Positions 39,861-53,175 of a stretch of 64,000 nucleotides of DNA are shown here, in pieces. The notes below the pieces were generated by a model. The model was given only the letters and a program-made list of their open reading frames with translations, was not told the DNA's origin and made no database searches. Both the position numbers and the translations under genes were made by a program. Source of the DNA: Camelus ferus (taxonomy: Eukaryota); assembly GCF_009834535.1 (NCBI RefSeq), contig NC_045726.1:13950001-14014000 (forward strand), written 5' to 3'. The stretch's first letter is position 1. Each line of letters opens with the position of its first letter.

Positions 39861-40006
39861 TAGCTCACCAGATCCTAGCTCACTTCCTAGCTCTGCTCTA
39901 TCAGCTTCATCTTCTAACCCTGCTGCGAATTCCATTCATCTTTCACGAGGCCCCACAGGCTCCTCCTTCCTCTGGAAACCTCCCATTACTAGACCTTTCC
40001 CTCCTT

Positions 40007-40220
40007 GAGTTTGAGATTTGCAAATGTTAACTACTATATATAAAAATAGATTAAAAATTTCTTCTGTATAGCACAGGGAACTGTATGCAGTATTTTGTAA
40101 CCTATAATGAAAAAGAATATGAAAACAAACATGTATATATATGCATGACCGGGACATTATGCTGTACACCAGAAACTGATACATTGTAACTGACCATACT
40201 TGAACTAAAAAAAGAAAAGG
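40007..40220 (+). mobile_element. 5'-truncated lineage-specific L1 3'-end insertion just upstream of the SLC39A14 promoter
   Basis: gagtttgagatttgc...ctgtatagcacagggaac...gctgtacaccagaaac...A-tail; perfect TSD cctttccctcctt at 39994-40006 and 40221-40233. Confidence 0.88.
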
Positions 40221-42954
40221 CCTTTCCCTCCTTAACCGGGGGCGTTCTCACAACCTGGCCTCCATCCCCTCGGAGTAACACTGCTACTGCTACCCACGTC
40301 ATACGTATGTATGTACATAAACACATGTATCTTCTGATTAATGTTCGATTCCAAAATGCACCCTAGAAAGGGACGCACCCACAGACGGTGTTTCTTCTGC
40401 ATTTTTCCACCAGACAAAAGAACAAAAAACTTCAGTTCAAGTTCCAAATGAGCCATACTATACTCATTTTTCCAAACTAGATGTTAAACCACTCCCCCCA
40501 AAACGATCAGCCTCCCTAGGAAGCCATAGTTTTTAACCAGAAAACTGGGAGAAATGTTAATTTTTGTGTGAGGATTGTCGTAGGACCCTTTTCTGATGTG
40601 GAGTGGTTCTATTGAGATGGATATCAAGCCTCGGAAATGCAAATTTCTTGGGAAAATAAGCCACCATTTAACTCCTATTGTTCTATTCTGGCTGGACATC
40701 AGGATTATTTCCTCTGCAGCTACTCCAGCTGCCACCTGGGTTTAGGGGACTCAAAGGAAGGGCCTTCCAAGCAGGACTGTTGCCTGTTAGTATCCACATC
40801 CTTGTTCCAGCTCAGTGACTGGTGCCCAGCTGGCACTAAGTGTTTCTGAGAATTTGCACAGAGAAGGGGGATCATATCCCACTCTGCAAGGGAAAGGAAG
40901 GCCCATGATGGCAGTTCCCATATGAAAGGGAAGCAGACAATCCCAGGAGCAAGGGGTAGGAAGAATCTGTGACTCAGTGGCAGCCTGTTCCTCCTTAGGA
41001 GGAAGGTAGAGAGGAAGAAAGAAAGGCACTGAAGCAAAGCCAGAGAAGGCCAGACTGTTTCTGCCACTCTTGAAGAGACTAGCTGGATGGTGGGTTTTTC
41101 TAAAATTTAATTATCCTCACCCTGCAATTACAGTGCTCCAGTTGGGTAAGGGGTGGGGTGATATTCTTTTCATTTGCCAAGAGATTTCAAAGTAATAGTA
41201 TCTCTTGCAGAATCTCCCTCAGAGCCCCTTCATCTTTGTAATAACCCTTTATATTTGTCTTTCTTGGTTAAACTTAGGTATTTTTCAGACATTATGTCAT
41301 CTATTTGAGACTCAACCCCATCTCCAATAGGCTGTCAGAAATGGCCCAGTCTCTACCACCCCTCCCTTTTCTTGAAGTTCTGGAAAAGGAATGAGAAACT
41401 CACCCAGTGATTAAGTGAAACAAGCATGCTTCTAATATATAGAGCTCTGAAAAGTATGACACCCATAAATGTATTACAAAGAGATGTTAAATTCTCCCTT
41501 AAAACTGAGGTCTAAAAGCAATCCCAAAGGTTCTTCCAGGCAGTGTGTCAATTCTACAAACTGGGGGAAAAAGGCATGTGTCAGAGAGATGGGAGGGGGG
41601 CAGGACAAGACACCCCACCACAGGGCCTATCACAGCGTTCTCACTTGTTTGCAACCAGTGAAGGGTAGAGCTGCCGAAGTCCACCAGAGCTGATAAGCTA
41701 TCAGTAATCCATTAGGGAATTCAATTAATTATTAACACAGCTCAAAATCAGAAGGTCTTAACTCTCCACATCCACCCCCACACTAAATTCTTTAGGTGCA
41801 CCCAAAGTCCTGCCTTGTCACTCAGTCTTTCCAGCCTAGGGCCAGGTTTGGGGCCCCAATTCTATCTTACTGTCTGCCTCGTATACCCCTCTTTCCTCTT
41901 ATTACCCATTTCCACTTGTTGTATTTCTAACTCTTCAAAGCCCCCTCCCTTCACAAAGCTTCTTGATTCTTTCAAAGCATATTTGATCTATCTTTTCAAA
42001 TTTTTAAACTGTAACCCACAGTAAAAAAATGTTTTGCATTGCATCTCCAGTACAAATAACAATAGAGCAAACAAAAATCTTAGAAAACTTCCTTAGATAT
42101 GCAACGTATGGATATGTTATATTTCTATTTCAGTTTTTTAAAAAGTGGCAACAAGCCCACCAAACTGATTCCATTCTCCATTATTGGATTGTGATTCACA
42201 GAATTAAAATAGTTCATATGCTTTATGGTACTTCCATTTTCCCCTTAAAATTTCATTTCTCTCTAACCTCCTTATTAGACCTTAATCTTTCTTGATTACC
42301 GAAGATTTCTATATATACCTGTATCCCCTACAATAACATCTTGCACATAATAGATGCTCAATAAATATTGGATGAATGAAAAGGCCAGCTCTAAGTATAA
42401 TGTCGGGCAGTATTTAAGGGACTGCACAAAAATCTGACATTTTTGTGACAGCTATTTCCCTTCTGACAAGATACCACAGCTGTCTGCCAAAAGATGTGCA
42501 GACAGATTTCCCACAGTCTCGGGAAAGAAGCTAGTGAAATGAAACCCCAGCCCTGAGACTGTATAGGGAGGGACTGGGGACTCAGGAAATTAAAGTCCCC
42601 TCTTTGGTTTGCGTTGACATGGTAGCAACTTGGTCAGCAGGGTGGGGCAAAGATCCCCTTTCCACTCCCCAGCTATCAGGCCAGCTCTAGAGAGACTGAA
42701 GTGGCTGGTGTTCTATGATACTTTCAAGAAGAAAAATGAGTTTTCTATGTTTTGGCATGTCAGAGAATTTAAAAGGATCAAAGGCAATGTGAAGGTTCTA
42801 GTTTTTCCAAAATCCTGTCAGAGGACTAGCACCCCACACTCTGTCAGCCAAAAGAGAACATCTTTAGAAGCCTCAGTCACTTCTGTTACCATCTGATGGT
42901 TTCAGCAGACAAAAAGGACAACTGGGAAAAAATAAGTCGATTCAATAGCAAGTT

Positions 42955-43228
42955 ATCTATAGGAATTTGTCCATTTCATTAAGATTCCTAATTTGTTGGC
43001 ATTTAATTGTTCACAGTATTCCCTAATAATCCTTTGTTTCTGTAAGGTATTTTATTTCCTTTCATTCCTGATTTTAGTAATTTGTCTTTTTTTTTTTCCT
43101 CTTGGCCAATCTAGGTTAAGTTTTGCAAATTCTATTAATCTTTTCAAAGAAGCAACTTTTGGTTTTGTTGATTTTCTCTATTGTTTTTCTGTCCTCTATC
43201 TCATTAACTTCTGCTCTGATCTTTATTA
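42955..43228 (-). mobile_element. L1 ORF2 fragment, antisense
   Basis: ggaatttgtccatttc...ctattaatcttttcaaagaagcaacttttggttttgttgattttctctattg...ctctgatctttatt, typical L1 ORF2 reverse complement. Confidence 0.75.
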
Positions 43229-43246
43229 GAAAATGTCTTCACCTTT

Positions 43247-43788
43247 TGAGACAGGAGGGAAAGGGGCAGGGCACAACCTTTAAAAGAATGTTGAGGATAG
43301 GACAAAAACTACTTAGAACCCAAGATGACAGAAGATTCAACTTCCAGTAGATCTTAATTAAGCCTTATTATCCACTCATTGTAATATATTAGCATGCTAA
43401 ATGATACATTCACAGGTGCCAGGACACTTCTGAGGCTGACTATAAAAAGCCAAACAGTGAGTGGTGGCTTAATTCCTGGAAATTCCTGCCCCTTCCTCAA
43501 AATATTTGTAATAATCCTCCCACTTGTTAGCATATGAAATTACCCAGTCCATAAAAACTAACCACCCCTCCACCACCACCTCGGGGCCCACTGTTGCCTT
43601 CTGAGATGGCCCACGCTCTGTCTATGGAGTGTGTTATCTCCCTGAATAAACCCGCTTTCACTCTACTTCGGTTCGCTGTCGAGTCCTTTCCTGTGTGAAG
43701 CCAAGGACCCTCACTTGGAGGCTCGTCCCAGGGACTCACCCAAGACCTGAAATGTGACCATCCTCTCGCGCCCTATTTTCCTGCAACA
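43247..43788 (+). mobile_element. Solo LTR, ERV1 (gammaretrovirus-like) class, 542 bp
   Basis: TG...CA termini, 4-bp TSD cttt (43243-43246 and 43789-43792), TATA-like cataaaa ~43551 and AATAAA at 43645-43650. Exact family not assigned. Confidence 0.8.
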
Positions 43789-44761
43789 CTTTGAATGAAT
43801 GTCTTGCTGGGAACAGAATTACAAGTGGACATTGCATTTTTAAGTTATTATTCCTTTTGTTTTCGGTATCTGTTGTGGTTGCTGATAAGTCTGCTGCCAG
43901 TTTTTCCCTGTGAGCAGTCTCTCTGGCAGTTTTTAAGATTCTCTTTGGTGTCCTAGAGCTTCACCACAGTACATCCAGGGGTGGCTGTGCTCTTCGCTAT
44001 CTCAGTGAGTTTCTTCAGGCGGAGGATTCATGCTTGTCTCTCATTCTGGAAAACCCTGTCTTTTATATCTTCCATACTGTGCGGCTCTTTGTTTTAACCT
44101 GGAGGAACTCATTCGCTTCTATGTCTTCTCTTCCATAGTTCCCACTTAGACCTCTCTAGCTGCAACCCAACTGACTGAGTGTTTTGTTTCTGCAGGGCGC
44201 AGGGCTCACACCAGCCTGGGCCAGTCTTCATGGTGATTTGTCCAGTGTGTGGACATGCTTTCCACATGCTAACAACATGGATTCAGGCTGTACACACCTG
44301 TCTGTGGCCCAGGCTCGGGGATTTCTCATGAATGCCTTTTGCCCCAAGTGTTCTTGCTGTTCCCCCAGGATGGTTGGCACAGAATCTCTACTCCCCTTCA
44401 AGGCTCCAGCTCTCTTCATCCAGGAGAATTCACTCCAGCAATCCTGCACCTATTGGGTCTAAGGCTGCATCTTGTATCCCTACCTGAGAAACCTCAGTGC
44501 TCCTGTCCCTGCGTTTTGTCTGTAGCCCTGGGAGCTGTGCCAGCATCAACTGTAGCCACTCTGGCTCCCCTTTCCTTCTTGTACCTCGATATTTTCCTTC
44601 CTCCCCACCCACAACTTCCTCTCTCCCCTTGTTCCACTTCCCCCATATCCAGCTACTTAACATTAAAAAAAAATGTTTTTCCATTTTAGCCAGCATTTGT
44701 CAATGTGGTCAGCCCAGTCTGCCGTGTTGCCAGAAGTCTCCCTTACTCATTCTTTAAAAAA

Positions 44762-45660
44762 AATTAAAAAAAAATTTTTTTAAAGCAGTTTTAGGTTCAC
44801 AGTACAATTTGCAGAAGGTAGAGATTCCCTGTATACATAGCCTCCCCTACTATCAACATCCACCACAAGAATGGTACATGTGCTACAGTTAATGAACCTA
44901 CATCCATATATATCATAATCACCCAAAGTCCATGGCCATGCTTAGGTGTTTCACAGTCTACGGGTTTGGACAAATATATGACATGTATCCACCATTACAA
45001 ATCATACAGAAGTTTCCTTGCCCCCCAGATCCTCTGTGCTCTGCCTCTCCATCCCTCNNNNNNNNNNNNNNNNNNNNNNNNNNNNNNNNNNNNNNNNNNN
45101 NNNNNNNNNNNNNNNNNNNNNNNNNNNNNNNNNNNNNNNNNNNNNNNNNNNNNNNNNNNNNNNNNNNNNNNNNNNNNNNNNNNNNNNNNNNNNNNNNNNN
45201 NNNNNNNNNNNNNNNNNNNNNNNNNNNNNNNNNNNNNNNNNNNNNNNNNNNNNNNNNNNNNNNNNNNNNNNNNNNNNNNNNNNNNNNNNNNNNNNNNNNN
45301 NNNNNNNNNNNNNNNNNNNNNNNNNNNNNNNNNNNNNNNNNNNNNNNNNNNNNNNNNNNNNNNNNNNNNNNNNNNNNNNNNNNNNNNNNNNGGGCAGATC
45401 ATATGATAAAAGTATGTTTAGTTTTGTAAGAAACTACAAACTTCCTTCCAAAGTGGCTCTATTTCATATTCTCTGAGGCAGTGATGAATGTGAGCTCACC
45501 AACATTTGGGATTGTCAGTGTTTTGGATTTTGGCCATTCTAACAGATGTGTAGCACGACCTCATTTTACTTTGTAATTCTCTAATGGCATGTGATGTTGA
45601 GCATATTTTCACACGCTGGTTTGCCAACTGTATACCTTCTTTGGTGAAATGTCTGTTTCG
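44762..45660 (-). mobile_element. L1M-type 3' region, antisense, interrupted by gaps
   Basis: ttttaggttcacag...cattacaaatcatacagaag...atatgataaaagtatgtttagttttgtaagaaac...gatgttgagcatattttc. Boundaries approximate. Confidence 0.75.
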
Positions 45661-46689
45661 NNNNNNNNNNNNNNNNNNNNNNNNNNNNNNNNNNNNNNNN
45701 NNNNNNNNNNNNNNNNNNNNNNNNNNNNNNNNNNNNNNNNNNNNNNNNNNNNNNNNNNNNNNNNNNNNNNNNNNNNNNNNNNNNNNNNNNNNNNNNNNNN
45801 NNNNNNNNNNNNNNNNNNNNNNNNNNNAAGAAAGAAAATAAGCCCAGGCAGGGAAAGTTACTAAGAAACTCAGAAAAAGCTAGGTGTGGAACCACAAAGA
45901 GAAAGCAGGGTCTTCTCCAATAATCCCAAATCACTGAGAAATTTCAGGCACAGATTTTAACGTTTTCAATATAAAGAGCTAACCATTGACAAAACTGCTC
46001 CCTTTTTCACACCATTCAACAAAATGCTGCCCAAGTGAACAGGGCCCTGTAACACTGTATAGAAATTCGGTTCTTTCTAGAATGAGTTCAAGAAGCACTG
46101 CATCCTTTAAGAATCGAGCTTCTAAATAAAGAGAAAAGGATGTAGTGGTAACGCAAGCAGCCAGGGTGCTTTGGGGAGGGATTTCTAAGGGTTATAAAAC
46201 ACACCATGGGTATATGCAGAGAAGGGCAAGCACTAGAAAAAGATGAGAAGAGAGGGCTCCCCTTTGGAGCTGCCTCTCACTTAGGCTAACAGAAACTGAC
46301 AGGAAAAGAGATCTTTAAAAACAAGACCACACCCACACAAACACCCACACCCACACACGCCTCATTTGTGCCAGAAGTAAGACTGTTAGTGTGTTTTCCA
46401 AGAAATCTTACTGCCCAGATCACAGCAAAATTACCTGGGTACTAATACTGGAGCTGCACCCAGCATGCATAGTGGCATGTTAATAATTCTAACAAATGCC
46501 AGAACTCTATGAAGGAAAGAACTATACCAATACGATGTCAATGACATCATTTCAAATAAAATTACACACTTATACAAATTTGGTTTTATTTGTTTCCCAC
46601 CCCATGACCCAGTCATTTCACATTAAGACTGAAAAACCAAGGCAAGAAAACCAGGATTAAAAAGTGAAGAAATTTTTGTATTATATTCA

Positions 46690-46842
46690 AGTATTTGTCT
46701 TTTCTGATTATATGAGAGAAAACGAGTATTAGGAAATCAAACTTCAAAAGAGAAACTCAAAATGCTTCCAAAGGGAATCAGAAAACTTCAGCCAAAACCA
46801 GCGATCCAGTGTGTCTGTTCCCCTGGTGTTTAAATCCCAGGT
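46690..46842 (+). repeat. Diverged direct repeat, copy A (copy B at 49041-49193)
   Basis: Aligned by eye: ~13 mismatches and two 2-nt gaps over ~128 columns (~85% identity), then weaker similarity to ttaaat(c/t)ccaggt. Not a repeat family I recognise. Confidence 0.85.
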
Positions 46843-47056
46843 CTCAGCCTTCCTACCCCCTCTCCGAAGGGGACCAGACGTGCACTCGAGATGGTGGACA
46901 CCCAGGGCCTCCCCGCCTCTGCCAGGCACTGCAGCCAACAGAACATTTGCTTGGTTTTCTTCTTCTAAGGAGTTTTAAGCTAAAGTTTCTCTTCTCACAC
47001 ACTGTCATATAAAATGAGGATTTCTGCTTCATCTCCTCCCAGCCATCACACCAAAA

Positions 47057-47084
47057 ATAAATAAATAAATAAATAAATAAATAA
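47057..47084. repeat. (ATAA)7 microsatellite (similar tract at ~15673-15692)
   Basis: Direct reading. Confidence 0.9.
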
Positions 47085-47853
47085 AAATTTGAAAAGGTTA
47101 AATAAAACTGGCTTTTAAAACCCAGGTAAAGCAAAGTTAAGACTGAATTAGCCCTGAAAGGACTGGAAGATTTTAAAATGGGGAAAAAGAAACACACAAA
47201 AAAGTGCTTCCCCAAAACACTGAAACCCACAGGCACAGTGACAACTTCCTAAACTGAACTGCCCAGGCTTTGGCAGGAGTGTCACATTTCCCAAAGCCAA
47301 CTTCTGGAAATCTTAATGTGGATTCAGAAAAATTCCTGACAAAATGAGCCAATGGCCGGGAAGTGGGTATTGAGCAAGGGAAATGAGTGATTCAATTTGC
47401 AAACATATCAACAGAAAAGAAGGCGACACCCTGAGGAGAAAGGGTCAAGAAAAGCTCATGCCCCATCATGAACCCTCCTAGCTGCTGAATTTCGCATGTT
47501 CTGATTCTTACTTTAAAAAAAACGGAAACTTACTAAAGATAGTAACAAGGAGCAAAGGTGTGAGTGTGTGTGTGTAACTACGTGGCCTGGGCAGGGGGAG
47601 AGTGGGGAGGAGGGAGGGAGGAAGAAATCAACATGGCCTACTACAAAGCAACTAAAATCCACAGAAAAAGATGCATCTGGCCTCTCTCTGGAGGCTGAGA
47701 AATAGCTAAGTGTCCCTTTCAAAGCCTGCTCAAGTCACAGGTGTCACCAACTCAATCCCTAGAGAGTTGGTTTTTGCTATCCCACCAGCTGGTTTTTGCT
47801 ACACGCCTTTCACACTTGCCAGCAACAGCCTGTATCTTGAAAAACTTTGCCTT

Positions 47854-47859
47854 TTTATT
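47854..47859 (-). terminator. Candidate PIWIL2 poly(A) signal AATAAA
   Basis: First tttatt I found ~460 nt after the stop codon, with GT-rich sequence downstream on the - strand. Confidence 0.55.
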
Positions 47860-48314
47860 ACCTCCCCCAGTTGCCTAAATAAAGTAGCTCTCTACTTTAA
47901 GAAACCTGCAATGACTTCGTTCATCATCACCTCTGGCGCCAGAAATGGGAACCGCTTGGTAAGTAGCGTTTGTAGGTGTAATTGATGCTTCCGCAGGCTT
48001 CTACAGCTCTTTGGCCCTGGAGGCTCTTAAACGGTCCCCCGTCTCCACCCACTCCATCTACGCAGTAGCACTGGCTCTACAAAGGCAGCAAGACAATTTC
48101 TAGCTGATAATTTAGAATGGAACCTGCTTCTTGATGATATCAGGTTTAAAAGAGGAAAAAAAGAGAAACAGAAGATAATCTTATTCTACTGGGTTGGTGA
48201 CGGGAAAACACCAACAAAAAAACCCTTTCAGTCGCTCTGGATCCTGCACAGCTGAGTTCACAGCTGAGTTCGGAAGTCTGATTGCTCTGCCCAGTCCATG
48301 TCCTGACTGTCCAG

Positions 48315-48530
<216 letters not shown>

Positions 48531-49040
48531 TTATGTACTTATGGGTGCATAACACTCAGCACACTTGCCGGCAAACTTGAGGGGCTGAGGAATACATAAT
48601 TACATGATGCAACTTTTTAGAATCATTATTTTTAAGTGGAATTGCTTCTACTCCCACTATTTGTAAGTCAAGAGGCCACGGGTAAATTCCCTCACTTTTT
48701 AGGTGCTCCTGTTTTGTATTAAAACAAGGAAAACAACAAGGAGAACTTTTTTTGCCTCAAGAAAAGGCTGCAGAAGGTTAAGTACCTCAGCAGAGTTATA
48801 TAATCTAAGCTCAAGAGCAACAGGGCTCAAACCTGGCTGTATGTCATAATCCTTGGGAGCATTTTAAAAAACACAAATGCCTCAGAATACTTAGGGGTGA
48901 GGCTTGAGTGTTAGTATTTTTTTGAAAGCTCTTCAGGTAATTTTAATGTACAGCAGGGATTATCAATTACTCCTCAAAAAGATACCATTATTATGAAAGT
49001 CACGAAGAAACTCAAGAAGTAAGCACTCCTGGGGGTGGGC

Positions 49041-49193
49041 AGTATTTGCCTTTTCTGACTGTATAAGAGAAAGTGAGTATTATAGGAAATCCAATTTCAA
49101 AAGAGAAATTCAAAATGCTTCCAAAGCGAATCAGAAAACTGTTAAGCCAAAACCAGTGATCCAATTTGATTCAGTGGTTTTTAAATTCCAGGT
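49041..49193 (+). repeat. Diverged direct repeat, copy B (in the last intron of PIWIL2)
   Basis: Shared core ttcaaaagagaaa(c/t)tcaaaatgcttccaaag(g/c)gaatcagaaaact..agccaaaaccag(c/t)gatcca. Confidence 0.85.
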
Positions 49194-49252
49194 TTTAGAC
49201 TTAGCTCACTGTAGAATTATTGATGAGACGGAGTAAGTTACCGGTCAGCTCA

Positions 49253-49438
<186 letters not shown>

Positions 49439-49803
49439 TTAGCTCCTTCACCTAAGGCTCAGAGAGGTCAAATGACTGGATCAAGGACATACCAGGACCA
49501 AATCAGGATTAGAACTCAGATCTCCTGACTCAACAGGCTATTTAAGAAGCAAACACATCTGTATGCAGGTCAAACACTCATCTTCTTAGAAAAAAAATGT
49601 ATGTTCAATATTTTATACTTATGAGATAAAAGCTTCACTATTGGTCTGTGTGTTTTTAAAATAGTTTTTACAGTTTTATTTTTTAACAGTAAGCTCTCTG
49701 AGGATTCCATGCTGCATCTCTCCAGGCAACCTCCCCAGCCCAATACCCAGGGAACAGATAACTTCTTCTACCTGTTCAGGCTGAAATACGTCCCGCCCAC
49801 TTA

Positions 49804-50115
<312 letters not shown>

Positions 50116-51221
50116 TCAACGAACAACCTGGAGACACAGCAGTAGGTCCCTTTGACAGCTGGGCCCAGAGCCATCATGTCAGAAGGTCAAGGAGAAGCAG
50201 CTTCCAGTCATCTCTAGGCTTCCTCAGGGCAGTAAAACAAGTCTGGTACAGCGAAGGTGTTATAAAATATGAGACCAAATAAGCAAGCTATGAGTCACAT
50301 GCAGCTTATACTGGATCCGTGTGAGCAAAGTTAAAAGGAAGGAAAATTATGGGCTGAATCAGTCTTCCTTCTACTTGGATTTAACACTAATTACTGTCTA
50401 GGGAAAGAACAAGGTGAACTGTTTAAGAAATTCTAACATATGACCGCACATCCCACAGATCCGCTACCCTCCCATTTTTGTGTATCAGCAACATCCAGAA
50501 TTGCTAACAAATGCAAGGGTCCTTCACTAAATATTATCCCACCATCAGGTATAGGGTGAAACAGTCTTACTATAAGTAAATAGCAGTCATGGTAAACTGT
50601 CCATGCGTCCAAATTAAATGGCAGCTTGAATCAGTCTCAAGAATAATTTTTTCCCCATTTAGAGAATATAATTATGTTCTAGTTGTATCTGACTTCAATA
50701 GTTCAAAGAAATAAGCTGTTTCATTTTAAAGTAGAAGCTTCCTTAAAAGTGCTTTGGTTTAATTCAGCTAGTAAGGGACAGTCTGACTCTGAGTGAGGTT
50801 CAATCTAGGTTTTTATTCACAATTCCCCTTAAATCCCTAAATTATCACCGAATTTCATAGACATACACTATACATTCTTATAGGTACTCAGCATGAAAAC
50901 TTGCTTCATTTCAAAGAACCCATTTTTAAAAATAAGTAATCACCTAGAATCTTTCTGGAGTTTAAGCTTGAAAGTCAAGTATTTTATAAATGTCCCTTTT
51001 TCTGAGACACCTTCAGGACTATAGTTACAAACATGTAATTCATCCTCACTTTCCAACACTGGAATTGTTGTTCCCATTTGTAGTACTTCTTTGTTTTTAC
51101 GTTGTTTTTGGCTGTCTAGCAGCCATCCCGCCTTTTTTGGTAAAAGCATTTTAGTGTCCTCCTGCCTCCAACAGGGTACAGTCTGGTGGATTATTATTAA
51201 CTGAGATGCCTCCCCCTCACC

Positions 51222-51414
51222 CAGGTTTTATCTGCCTTAAACCTCTGACACGTGGGGCCGGTTGACCTTCGTTATTTGGGGTGACACTGGAGGATGTTCA
51301 GCAGCATACCTGGCCTCTCCCCACTAGATGCCAGTAGCAATCTCTGGTTATAACCAAAAGTGTCTTTGGGCTGCCCCCTAGGAAGACAAAACTGCCCCCA
51401 GCTGAGGACCACCG
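51222..51414 (-). mobile_element. MER20-type hAT MITE
   Basis: ggatgttcagcagcatacctggcctctccccactagatgccagtagc...aaaactgcccccagctgaggaccac. Confidence 0.8.
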
Positions 51415-52829
51415 CACTAACCCAAGGACACAGAGATGATTCAAGCCACGTCAGTAGAACATGCCTCCCTCACTCTGACTCTGCAGCAGAGAATAAGAAG
51501 CTCCCTGCTCCTGGAACTCCAGGAACTACTGTGGCTCCTGTCCATCTCCCAGATTGATGCTCACTTTCTCGCCAGTCCCTGGAGATTCTCCATCATCTTA
51601 CCAATTAATCCCCATTTTGCCAAAGTTAGCACATTTCTTTGACTTCCCAAAGACCCCCAACTTACATGCTGGGTTAGAGGGTGGGTAACAAAAGCACCTA
51701 GATCTGGAAGAAAGCCTGGTTTCACAGATGAATAGAGAGAGAAGAACTGTACTGGATCCGGGGTCAGGAGACCTGGGACTGAGTCTGAATGTGCTGCTCC
51801 TCAGCTATGATCTTTAAGGTTCAGTTTCCTCGGCTGAAAAGTGGAGGTAAACCACCTTACCTTCTTCTCAAGGTTAAGAGGGATAAAGTGAGTGTCTGTA
51901 TGTATGGGTTTTTTTTTAAAACTATACACAAAAGTTGAGAACGAGCTAGATCAAGGAAATACGGATATTCTGAAGCACAGGGAAGGGATCTGACAACATC
52001 AATGGAGTGAAAAATAGAATCAAATTTGTCTGAAGTATTCACTGATACTGCCTCTTTTACTGCTAACCAACCGCTGAGTGAGACACTATGCCTGGCCCTA
52101 TGTAAGCTTCCAGCAGGAGTGAAAGGCATGATTCCTGTCATGAAGGAGCTTTAGACTCTAAGAACAACAGGCAACAAGGGTGACTTCTCTAGGTCACCTG
52201 GCCCATTCTCTCATTTCACAGATGATAAGACTATGATCTGGGAAGGGGTCAAAATAAGAGACAAGTCACAAAATTGAAACATAAACGTTGAAGGTACATT
52301 ATTAAATCACTTCGGTACTCGGGCAGATACACGAAGCAGTGAATGAGAACCTTGAAGGCAGGACTGTGCTTGCTGGCTTGGTGTCCCCAGCACTGACCAC
52401 AACAGCGAGGGCCCAGCAGAAAATGAGTATTTGCTGAAAGTTCGAGGTGGGCTTTTTGGTATGATTTCATTCATTCACTGAACAAACTCTTAATGCCCAC
52501 TAGATATAAGCCATTGTGCTAGTCTCAGAAAATTTTACGATTATTTTGATACCTTCTAAGTATTAATGGAACTCAAAATAAAACCAGGGAAACAAATACA
52601 GACCAAAATGTTCTCAATACATTATAAATAACATTTAAAGGTATAAGCAAAATGCTATGAGAACAGAGAAGAATAAGACATGTGTTCTCTGAAGGAAGTG
52701 AGTATCATGCCTCAGCAAAAGAATCAGCAGACAATTCAGTCAGAAAAGAAAGGTCAAGGGTTCCAGGGAGAGCGCGAGCAAGGTCTGGATTGTGATTGGA
52801 CAGGACAGGTGAGCAACTGGAGGCCCACC

Positions 52830-53175
52830 TGTGTGAGGATGGAAGTAACTCAAGTGTCCATCAACAGATGAGTGGATAAGTGAAATGTGGTATATACGTA
52901 CAACAGAATGTTACTCAGCCTTAAAAAGGGAGGAAATTCTGCAACATACTACAACATGGATGAACTTCGAAGGCATCATGCTAAGTGAAATGAGCCAATC
53001 GCAGCAAAAACAAGCAGTGTGACTCCACTTACATGAAGTACTCAGAGTAGCCAAACTCAGAGACAGAAAGTAGAATGGTGGTGGCCAGAGGCTAAGAGGA
53101 GGGGAGCACGGGGAGTGGCTGTTGAAGAGGTTCGGAGTTGTAGTTTTACAAGATGAAACGAGTTACGGAGACGGA
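52830..53175 (+). mobile_element. L1M-type 3' end (runs into the N gap)
   Basis: caagtgtccatcaacagatgagtggataagtgaaatgtggtatatacg...cagccttaaaaagg...gacagaaagtagaatggtggtggccagagg. Confidence 0.85.
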
